A stretch of 63,894 bases of DNA, taken from assembly GCA_964354665.1 (NCBI GenBank), contig CAYHAO010000002.1, forward strand, positions 8,800 through 72,693, in the 5' to 3' direction. The notes under the pieces are model-generated. The model did no database searches and had not been told where the DNA came from. It saw nothing but the letters and a program-made list of their open reading frames with translations. Both the position numbers and the translations under genes were made by a program. Source of the DNA: an uncultured Methanomassiliicoccaceae archaeon. Its GTDB lineage: Archaea; Thermoplasmatota; Thermoplasmata; Methanomassiliicoccales; UBA472. This document shows positions 44,629 to 52,148 of this stretch, piece after piece; position 1 is the stretch's first letter, and every line of letters begins with the position of its first letter.

Positions 44629-45456
44629 ATGAGGCGCAAGGTGGCGTTCCAGGGAGTGCATGGCGCGTTCAGCGAGGACGCGGTGTTCTCCTACTTCCAG
44701 GATGATGTGGAAGCGATCCCCTGCAACGAGTTCGAGGAGGTCTTCGAGATGGTCGAGAAGGGGGAGGTCTCGCATGCCGTGGTCCCGGTGGAGAACTCCC
44801 TCGAGGGCAGCGTCACCACCGTGAGCGACCTTCTCCTGGACAGCGACCTCACGGTCACGGGGGAGGTCCTGGTCCTGGTGCGCCACTGCCTCATCGGGCA
44901 GCCTGATTCCAGCATCGAGACGATCAAGAGGGTGTACTCGCACCCCCAAGCGCTGGGGCAGTGCCGCTCCTACCTCTCCCAGCACCCCGCATGGGAGAAG
45001 ATACCCTCGTACGATACCGCGGGCAGCGTCAAGCTGGTCAAGGAGAGCGGACGCATGGAGGAGGCGGCCATTGCCTCCAAGCGCGCCGCCACCTTCTACG
45101 GCATGAAGGTGCTGCAGGAGGACGTCCAATCGTCGACGCGCAACTTCACCCGCTTCTTCGTGGTGGAGAAGACGGCCTCCATGCCGACCGAGGGGGACAA
45201 GACCTCCCTGGCCTTCAGCACCAAGAACATTCCCGGGGCCTTGTACCAATGCATCGGGGCCTTCGCGGAGAGGGGCGTGAATTTGAGCAAGCTCGAGTCC
45301 CGGCCGCGCAAGGGGCGCACCTGGGAGTACGTGTTCTATGCGGACGTGGACGGCCACGTCGACGACCCCAAGGTCAGCGACGCCCTGTCGGACCTGGTGC
45401 GCAAATCCTCCTTCGTGAAGGTCTTCGGGTCCTACAAGAAGGCCAAGGCCCCTTGA
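44629..45456 (+). CDS. pheA: Prephenate dehydratase (PDT + ACT)
   Basis: The ATG at 44629 is 1 nt after the aspartate kinase stop. Motifs …VAFQGVHGAFSE…, …VPVENSLEGSV…, …NFTRFFVV… and the ACT motif …LSKLESRPRKGRTWEYVFYADVDGH…. Confidence 0.9.
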   Translation: MRRKVAFQGVHGAFSEDAVFSYFQDDVEAIPCNEFEEVFEMVEKGEVSHAVVPVENSLEGSVTTVSDLLLDSDLTVTGEVLVLVRHCLIGQPDSSIETIKRVYSHPQALGQCRSYLSQHPAWEKIPSYDTAGSVKLVKESGRMEEAAIASKRAATFYGMKVLQEDVQSSTRNFTRFFVVEKTASMPTEGDKTSLAFSTKNIPGALYQCIGAFAERGVNLSKLESRPRKGRTWEYVFYADVDGHVDDPKVSDALSDLVRKSSFVKVFGSYKKAKAP

Positions 45457-45463
45457 CCGACGA

Positions 45464-46537
45464 TCATGAGCGCCCCAAGGTGTCCGATATCTGGTCCAGC
45501 CCTTTCCTCAGGTCCTCGCTCTCGCACGAGTAGGTCACGCGCACGCTGCCCCCCTCTCCGAAGTAGCGGCCCGGGCAGACCGCGGTCCGGTGCCGCTTGA
45601 GCAACCGCTCGGCGAACTTCTCGTCATCCATCCCAGAGGGGAGCCGGAGCAGCAGGTGCAGGCAGCCGTCGGGCTCCATTAGCTCCACCCGCCTCTCCTC
45701 CGCGGCCCAGTCCTTGATTATCGGCAGGTTGCGCTTGGCCACCTCCAGGACCCGCTTGCGGAACCATTCCCTCTTCTTTATGGCCTGGATGGCCAGGGCC
45801 ATGGGCCGCGTCGGCAGATGCCAGGAGGAGTACAGCCGCACATCGGTGACCTTGCGCACCACATCCTCTGGCCCGATGAGCCAGCCGATGCGCAAGCCTC
45901 CCAAGCCCCAGAGCTTGGAGAGCCCGTTGGTCGTCACGCCATTTCCTCCCAGCTCGAACGCCGCCTTCGGTGGACGTCCGTGAGCCATCTCGCGATAGAC
46001 CTCGTCCACTAGGACGAGGGCGCCCCTCGCTTCCGCCTCTTCCAGGAGGTTGGCAAGGGCATCGTCGCTCAACATCTTCGCGCTAGGATTGTGCAAGTTG
46101 GTGAGAGCGACCGCCTTGGCGCCCTTTCGCAGGGCGGCCTGATACGCGCCCTGGTCCACCGCGTAGCCGACCTCCCTCCTCCTGGCTACGGGTAAGGTGG
46201 ATTTGAACAGGGCATTGGCGCAGGCTCGGATGGGCGCATAGGTGGGCGACTCCACTGCCACCGAGTCCCCCCGCCCGAGGCAGGACTGAAAGAAAGTGAA
46301 GTTGGCGCTCTGCGCGCCACATGTCAACGCGATCCTATCCTGCTTGACCTTGTAAGCGGATGATATGGCCTTGTACAGCTTCCCCTCGACCTCGAACTCG
46401 TCTAGGAAGGCCTCCCCGCCCACGCAAGGGTCGAAGCCCTCGCGCATGGGGTTGGGTGCGCCTGAGTGGTCCAGGTCGATCCTGGCCCCCAGGCACCTGA
46501 TGAGCCAATCCTCCAGGAGGAACGGCTCGAAGTTCAT
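45464..46537 (-). CDS. Class I/II pyridoxal-phosphate aminotransferase
   Basis: The ATG at 46537 overlaps the stop of the upstream flavin-reductase gene (ATGA). Motifs …NLHNPSAKML…, …LVDEVYREM… and PLP-Lys …NGLSKLWGLGGLRIGW… The 429-aa track ORF is an extension. Confidence 0.8.
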   Translation of the reverse strand: MNFEPFLLEDWLIRCLGARIDLDHSGAPNPMREGFDPCVGGEAFLDEFEVEGKLYKAISSAYKVKQDRIALTCGAQSANFTFFQSCLGRGDSVAVESPTYAPIRACANALFKSTLPVARRREVGYAVDQGAYQAALRKGAKAVALTNLHNPSAKMLSDDALANLLEEAEARGALVLVDEVYREMAHGRPPKAAFELGGNGVTTNGLSKLWGLGGLRIGWLIGPEDVVRKVTDVRLYSSWHLPTRPMALAIQAIKKREWFRKRVLEVAKRNLPIIKDWAAEERRVELMEPDGCLHLLLRLPSGMDDEKFAERLLKRHRTAVCPGRYFGEGGSVRVTYSCESEDLRKGLDQISDTLGRS

Positions 46538-47115
46538 TCTTCCTTGCCTTTGATGCACTTGTCCGCCAGGCGGTACTCGCCGTCCCAGTAGAGGAGCGCC
46601 TTGGTGCGGTCGTATTGCTTCGAAGCGTCGGTGTGCACGATCTGCCCGAGGAACCAGGTGTGGTCCCCCACGTCCATCTCGCCCTCGTGCACCGAGTACA
46701 TGGACTTCTTCTTGGCGCTGGATAGCTTCCTGACCTCGATGTTCAACGGGCACTCCTTGATGATGGGGGACGATACCCGCTTGCCCTTCTCCGGCGTAAG
46801 CTTGGCTTCCTTGAACTTGTTCTTGCGCACGCCCGCCTCCCGACCGCAGACCTCCACAGCATTCAGCAGCTCGGCCGTCGGAATGTTGAGGGTGAAGTCC
46901 TCCGAGTCCGCTATCAGCCTGTAGATGTTCCTCGAGGTCTTGACGCCTATTCCGATCACGATCGGGAAGAGCGAAAAGACGTTGAACATGCCTATCGTGG
47001 TCACGTTCCAGTTCTCCTCCTTATCTCCAGAGCACACGAGCAGGACCGGCGCGTGTGGCAGGGCCGCGATGGCCTCTGACTGCTCAAGATCTATTCTTTC
47101 TGGCTCCTTGGCCAT
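46534..47115 (-). CDS. Flavin reductase-like (FMN-binding split-barrel) domain protein
   Basis: Motifs …PVLLVCSG…WNVTTIGMFNVFSLFPIVIGIGV…, …FTLNIP… and …GDHTWFLGQIVH…. Confidence 0.7.
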   Translation of the reverse strand: MAKEPERIDLEQSEAIAALPHAPVLLVCSGDKEENWNVTTIGMFNVFSLFPIVIGIGVKTSRNIYRLIADSEDFTLNIPTAELLNAVEVCGREAGVRKNKFKEAKLTPEKGKRVSSPIIKECPLNIEVRKLSSAKKKSMYSVHEGEMDVGDHTWFLGQIVHTDASKQYDRTKALLYWDGEYRLADKCIKGKEE

Positions 47116-47199
47116 TCATTCCACCATCGAAGCAATGGATGGTATGCCTAGAAAAAGGTTGGTAATTCAGGGACAGAGGACCGAGATGGTAAGTTGAGA

Positions 47200-47736
47200 T
47201 CAGCGCTTGCGAATGCAGTTACCTATCAAGCGGAACTCGCCGCCCCAATAGAGCAGCGCCTTCTCGCGGATCTCGCCGTCCACGCTCTGCGCGTGCACCA
47301 CATCCCCCAAGAACCAATAGTGGTCTCCGACATCGAAGACCTGCTTCTTCTTGCATTCGAGGTTTACCAGACATTCGTCGATGACCGGTGCAGCCACCTT
47401 CTTGCCTGGGACCAGGGTGAACCCGCACTCTTCGAACTTGTTAACCTCGCGCCCGCACTTCTGCCCGCAGAAGAGGGTCTCCTCGACCAGCTCCTTCCCG
47501 GGGATGTTGATGGTGAAATCCTCGTACTTGTTGAGCAGATCGTAGGTGTAGCGGCAGGGCGATATGCCGATGCCTATCACCGGAGGGTCGAAGGAGAACA
47601 TGTGGACCAGGACCACGGTCATGACGTTGCAGTCGGAGTTGTCCTTGGCATTTCCCACGCCCACCAGGGCAACTGGGAACGCCGGGAACCCCCTGCACGC
47701 CCAAATGGGGTTGACCTCCGACTTGTGCTGCGTCAT
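47200..47736 (-). CDS. Flavin reductase-like domain protein, paralog of 46534..47115
   Basis: Collinear similarity to the neighbouring gene: FTINIPGKELVEE…NKFEE…PVIDECLVNLECKK…GDHYWFLGDVVH…ALLYWGGEFRL. Confidence 0.7.
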   Translation of the reverse strand: MTQHKSEVNPIWACRGFPAFPVALVGVGNAKDNSDCNVMTVVLVHMFSFDPPVIGIGISPCRYTYDLLNKYEDFTINIPGKELVEETLFCGQKCGREVNKFEECGFTLVPGKKVAAPVIDECLVNLECKKKQVFDVGDHYWFLGDVVHAQSVDGEIREKALLYWGGEFRLIGNCIRKR

Positions 47737-47939
47737 GAATTCGGAAGATGATGAGGGTTCATTAATAAAACTAGTGGCAGAGATTCTTCGCTGGTAGAAG
47801 ATGCTTATTCACTGGCGATCATCGCATCCAACCGGCTGGGAGATATGTAATCGAGAGCGATGAATCGCAAATCAATGTGACGAGTCCCTGAATTTTGATC
47901 CCATCGCCATCAAGGAGGCCGGGGCAAACCCTTAAGCCA

Positions 47940-48560
47940 ATGCCAGTGCAACATCATTCTAGCCCAAGGGAGGCCGGGGAATTGGAAGGGAACATCTGGA
48001 TTCAGAATCAATACCGCATCAGGAAGAAGGTCATCGCCCTGACGAACCAGTACTGGATCGAGGATTGGTCGGGTAAGATACTAGGCTACTCAAGGCAGAA
48101 GCTGATCCGAATAAAGGAAGACATCCGGGTCTTCACGGACGAGAGCATGTCCGCCGAGGTCTTCCGCATCCAGCAGGAGAATATAATGGATTCGTGGGGG
48201 ACGTTCTCGATCATCGACTCATCCACGGGTTCTGTGGTCGGCAAGATCCGACGAAGCCTCGCCTCCAATTATGTCTGGGATGAATATCAGCTCCTCGATG
48301 CCAACGGGAAACAGTTCGGTAAGGTAGCCGAGCGCGCTGGGCGAGGACTCACTCGCAAGTTCGTCCCCTTTGGCAAACTTGTGCCACAGCAAATGTGCTT
48401 GGAGGTCAACGGGCAATTGGTCTGCGAGATAAAGCAACAGTTCAAGATCGTGGGCGACACCTGGGAGGTCGACCTGTCCGCAATGCCTGGTTACCTGGAC
48501 AGAAGGGTCATCCTGGCCACCATGCTTATGATGGGGATGGTGGAGAGGGAGAGGAAATAG
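47940..48560 (+). CDS. LURP-one-related (Tubby C-terminal-like / DUF567) family protein
   Basis: Repeated beta-strand pattern …YRIRKKVIALTNQYWIEDWSGKILGYSRQKLIRIKEDIRVF…FRIQQEN…FSIIDSSTGSVVGKIRRSL…YQLLDANGKQFGKV…CEIKQQFKIVGDTWEVD… The start is uncertain (TTG at 47895 or ATG at 47940). Confidence 0.5.
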   Translation: MPVQHHSSPREAGELEGNIWIQNQYRIRKKVIALTNQYWIEDWSGKILGYSRQKLIRIKEDIRVFTDESMSAEVFRIQQENIMDSWGTFSIIDSSTGSVVGKIRRSLASNYVWDEYQLLDANGKQFGKVAERAGRGLTRKFVPFGKLVPQQMCLEVNGQLVCEIKQQFKIVGDTWEVDLSAMPGYLDRRVILATMLMMGMVERERK

Positions 48561-48620
48561 GGTAGGGTGGAGGGGCCCACCATCAATGCTCTTATATTTC
48601 CCCTGGCCGATGACCAGTTG

Positions 48621-49412
48621 ATGAAGGCGAAGGCGAGGATCGGCATCATCGGTGGCACCGGCGTCTACGACCCCGAGCTATTCAAGCTCAAGGAGGCAGT
48701 CAAGCTCTCCACGCCCTACGGGGCACCATCCGACTCGGTCCGAATCGGGGACATCGCGGGGGTCAAGGTGGCCTTCCTGCAGCGCCATGGAAAGGGGCAC
48801 GTCCTCCCTCCCCACATGGTGAACTATCGCGCCAATCTCTGGGCCTTGAAACAATGTGGTGTGGAGCGAGTGATATCGCCTTGCGCGGTCGGGTCCCTGC
48901 AGGAGGAGTTCGAACCCGGGCAGATAGCCATCGTGGACCAGTTCATCGACTTCACCAAGAAGCGGGACTACACCTTTTTTGATGGACCAAAGACCATGCA
49001 CATCTCCACGGCCGACCCATTCTGCTCCGAGCTAAGGGAGCTTTTCATCAAAGAGGCGAAGAGGATCAAGGCACCGCACCACACGGAAGGCACCTATGTC
49101 TGCATCGAAGGCCCCCGGTTCTCCACAAGGGCGGAGTCTCGCATGTTCCGAGCCTTCGCGGACGTCATCGGCATGACGCTATGCCCCGAGATCCAATTGG
49201 CCCGGGAGCTGGAGATGTGCTATGTGTCCTTGGCCATGATAACGGACTACGACGTCTGGGCCGAGCACCCCGTGGACGTCGAGACGGTGCTCAGGACCAT
49301 GGCGGAGAACATGGACAAGATAAAGGCATTGATCCAAGCCACCCTTCCCAAAATCCCCGAGGCGAGGAAGCGGTGCGAATGCCCTGCTACCCTCGAGGCC
49401 GCGGGAGCCTGA
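48621..49412 (+). CDS. mtnP: S-methyl-5'-thioadenosine / purine nucleoside phosphorylase
   Basis: Start at ATG 48621. Motifs …RIGIIGGTGVY…, …FLQRHGKGH…PHMVNYRANLWALK…, …AVGSLQEE… and …GMTLCPE…. Confidence 0.88.
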   Translation: MKAKARIGIIGGTGVYDPELFKLKEAVKLSTPYGAPSDSVRIGDIAGVKVAFLQRHGKGHVLPPHMVNYRANLWALKQCGVERVISPCAVGSLQEEFEPGQIAIVDQFIDFTKKRDYTFFDGPKTMHISTADPFCSELRELFIKEAKRIKAPHHTEGTYVCIEGPRFSTRAESRMFRAFADVIGMTLCPEIQLARELEMCYVSLAMITDYDVWAEHPVDVETVLRTMAENMDKIKALIQATLPKIPEARKRCECPATLEAAGA

Positions 49413-49535
49413 GCGAGGGGAGGGGAGAGAAACCTCTCAAATAATCTTTATAGATATCATAAAAGTTATCCAACCGTGGCAGATCGCGCCAGCAACCCTC
49501 CATCTGGAGAAGCTCGAGGGACGAAAGGAGAGATA

Positions 49536-50858
49536 ATGACCATCCAGGCCGCGTACATCGACGATGAGGAGCCGCTGCTCGAAGTGGCCAAGGCCTTTCT
49601 CGAAGATGAGGGTGACCTTCAGGTGGACGTTTTCGGGGTCGTATGGGACGCCTTCTCGGCTTTGAACCAGAGGGCATACGATGTGATCGTCTGCGACTAT
49701 CAGATGCCGGAGATGGACGGCCTCCAGGTGCTTCGCGTTCTGCGCGATAATGGCAGCCACGTCCCCTTCATCCTCTTCACCGGGAAAGGGCGCGAGGAGG
49801 TGGCTATCGAAGCCCTGAACCTCGGCGCCGACCGCTACATTCAAAAGGGCGGGGACGCCAAGGCCCAGTTCATCGAGCTCAAGCATGCCGTGGTCCAGTT
49901 GCATCAAAGGATCAAGGTCGAGAGCGAGCTGCACGAGAGCAACCGCGAGCTCGAGGTGCTGTACCAGGCGACGAGAGAGCTGGTGGGCGAATCCGACCTC
50001 CAGCAGATGGGACATACCATCTTCCGGGCCATTTCTAGCGCCATTCCAGCGGATGCGATCATCGTCTCCTCCTTTGACCGGAAGACCAACATCGTACATA
50101 CCGATGCGGCCTGGTTGAACGGAAGGGTGGTCGACGCCTCGATATTCCCGCCGATCGGTCTGGAGGAGGAGGGGCATGGGATCCAGAGCCTAGTGATCAG
50201 GTCGGGGAACCCGTTGATCGTCCCCGACTACCAAGCGCTCCTCAGGGCGAGCAGGTCGGGGCATCGACCCGATGCCCAGGAAAGGGCTGAGGACCATGTC
50301 CCAGATGATATGACGGACCAATCGAGGTCCGCGATAATGGTCCCGATGAAGCACGAAGGTGAGGTTGTCGGGGTGCTCTCGGTGATGTCGAACCAAAAAG
50401 CCGTGTTCTCCGAACGGCACTTGCGCTTCCTTGAGCCCCTGGCGGGGAGTGCGGCCGCCGCCATCTCCCTTTCCAGGATGCATCATGAGGCCATGCTGGA
50501 GATCGACCGGAGGGGGCAGGTGGAGCATGAGCGCCTGCTGATGCAGGCGATGGTGTATGCGTGCGAGGAAGGAATCATGGTCTGGCATTTGGGAGGCGAT
50601 ACCGAGGAGCCCGTGATTTGGAACCCGGCCGCCTGCAGCCTGCTATTCGGTCGCGAGGAGGAGGGGTTCTCCACCCTGAAGGACTGCTCCAAGTTGCTTA
50701 ACCTGGACCTTGACGCCTTGGCCCGGGAGGTCAACCGCACCGGCAGGCAGGTCAAGGTACTGGTGGTGAGGGAGGGGTCCCCGGACCGCCAGCTGTTGGA
50801 GGTCTCCATCACCTCTCTGGACGTGGAGCACGTCGGCTTCCAGATCCTGCCGAAGTGA
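49536..50858 (+). CDS. Response regulator: REC + GAF + PAS-like domains, no recognisable output domain
   Basis: ATG at 49536 after AAAGGAGAG. REC residues: DDEE, phospho-acceptor VIVCDYQMPEMDG, FTGKG, YIQKG. GAF-like middle (…IIVSSF…SAIMVPMKHEGEVVGVLSVMS…). PAS-like C-terminus. Confidence 0.8.
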   Translation: MTIQAAYIDDEEPLLEVAKAFLEDEGDLQVDVFGVVWDAFSALNQRAYDVIVCDYQMPEMDGLQVLRVLRDNGSHVPFILFTGKGREEVAIEALNLGADRYIQKGGDAKAQFIELKHAVVQLHQRIKVESELHESNRELEVLYQATRELVGESDLQQMGHTIFRAISSAIPADAIIVSSFDRKTNIVHTDAAWLNGRVVDASIFPPIGLEEEGHGIQSLVIRSGNPLIVPDYQALLRASRSGHRPDAQERAEDHVPDDMTDQSRSAIMVPMKHEGEVVGVLSVMSNQKAVFSERHLRFLEPLAGSAAAAISLSRMHHEAMLEIDRRGQVEHERLLMQAMVYACEEGIMVWHLGGDTEEPVIWNPAACSLLFGREEEGFSTLKDCSKLLNLDLDALAREVNRTGRQVKVLVVREGSPDRQLLEVSITSLDVEHVGFQILPK

Positions 50859-50862
50859 ACCG

Positions 50863-51327
50863 CTACTTATTGGTCTCCTTAAGGACGCGCAGACCCTCCT
50901 CGATGTGCTTCTTGGGCTGCAGCTGCGAGGAAAAGACCATGCGGACGATGCCTTGCCTGTCGATTAGGAACGTGATCCTTCCCGCGGTATGGGCCAGGCC
51001 CCATGCGCCATACATGTCCCGCACCTTGTTCTCCGTGTCCGCGAGGAGCTTGAAGGGGAGCTCGTGCTCGACGGCGAACTCCTTGTGCGTCTTTACGTCG
51101 TCCGCGCTGACCCCGATCACCTCAGCGCCGTTGGATTGGAACTGCTCATGCATATCCCTGAACTCCCTGGCCTCCATGGTGCACCCCGACGTGAAGTCCT
51201 TGGGATAGAAGTAAAGGACCACTGCCTTCTTGCCTATGATGGAGGCCACGTCGACCACGTTCCCGTCCTGGTCCTGCAGGGCGAATGTAGGGGCCTTATC
51301 CCCGACCTGAAGCGTCTTGCTCATCAC
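50863..51327 (-). CDS. bcp: Peroxiredoxin, Bcp/PrxQ type
   Basis: Motifs …GDKAPTFALQDQDGN…VVLYFYPKDFTSGCTMEA… and …VIGVSADD…. Confidence 0.9.
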   Translation of the reverse strand: MMSKTLQVGDKAPTFALQDQDGNVVDVASIIGKKAVVLYFYPKDFTSGCTMEAREFRDMHEQFQSNGAEVIGVSADDVKTHKEFAVEHELPFKLLADTENKVRDMYGAWGLAHTAGRITFLIDRQGIVRMVFSSQLQPKKHIEEGLRVLKETNK

Positions 51328-51389
51328 TTCACCTTGCTTCGAGAGGCGAGCCCTTTCTCATAATCGTTGTGGCGAGAACATTATGGGGG

Positions 51390-51632
51390 ATGGAAGCAAC
51401 TCTCCCGTGGACAAGCATGAGCTGCTATCTCAGGCACCTGCGGGCAGAGCTCGAGCAGGCGGGAATAGAGATCGATGAGGCAAGCCGCAAGAAGCTGGAC
51501 CAGGCCATCCATCGCGTCACCGGGGTAGGCTACAAGGACTGCCCCAAGGCATGGAAGGAAGTGAAAAAGCAGATGGCCGAGGACAAGAAATCGTTCATGG
51601 CCAAAGTGAAGAAGGAGTACGATGGCCCTTAA
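51390..51632 (+). CDS. Small basic hypothetical protein (71-87 aa depending on start)
   Basis: In-frame starts at GTG 51369, ATG 51390 and ATG 51417. Lys-rich helical C-terminus. Convergent with gcvH. Confidence 0.4.
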   Translation: MEATLPWTSMSCYLRHLRAELEQAGIEIDEASRKKLDQAIHRVTGVGYKDCPKAWKEVKKQMAEDKKSFMAKVKKEYDGP

Positions 51633-51635
51633 GGC

Positions 51636-52019
51636 CTACTCCTCTATCTCGCGCTTGTAGGCCGAGGCGTCCATAAGGCCCTTGACCTCCCCAGGGTCGG
51701 CCATCTTCACCATCGCCAGCCATCCCTTGTCGTAAGGGCTCTCGTTGATCCATTGGGGCGAGTCCTCCAGGGGCTTGTTGACCTCGACCACCTCACCGGC
51801 CACGGGGGAGTAGATGTCGGAGACGGTCTTCACGCTCTCCACCACCCCCAAGGAATCGCCCTTCTTCACCTTCTTGCCGACCTTGGGGAGCTCGACGTAC
51901 ACTATCTCGGTCAGCTCATGCTGGGCATGGTCGGTGATCCCGACACGGGCGTTGCCGCCCTCGACCTTTACCCATTCATGCTCTTTGGTGTAATGCAACC
52001 CATCTGGAACCAGGCTCAT
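51636..52019 (-). CDS. gcvH: Glycine cleavage system H protein (lipoyl carrier)
   Basis: Motifs …YTKEHEWV…, …GITDHAQ… and lipoyl-Lys …VESVKTVSDIYSPVAGEV…. Confidence 0.9.
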   Translation of the reverse strand: MSLVPDGLHYTKEHEWVKVEGGNARVGITDHAQHELTEIVYVELPKVGKKVKKGDSLGVVESVKTVSDIYSPVAGEVVEVNKPLEDSPQWINESPYDKGWLAMVKMADPGEVKGLMDASAYKREIEE

Positions 52020-52148
52020 CTCCGTACCCGGGCCGTAATCGGCATGCCCGACATATAGGTTTTCTTGCGCCTGCTGGAATGCGCCGGTCGCTCGGTGGCA
52101 TTGCTGAAAAATGATTTATAGCCATATGGGGGTTGAATCCCCGCTTCA

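Noticed and set aside
39054-45357. Several long reverse-strand ORFs across the his / aspartate kinase / pheA block (39054..40082, 39964..40809, 42555..43610, 44554..45357) and + strand alternative-frame ORFs (40854..41744, 44961..45533)
   Set aside because: All overlap confidently identified genes in another frame or strand and have biased R/G/P/H composition.
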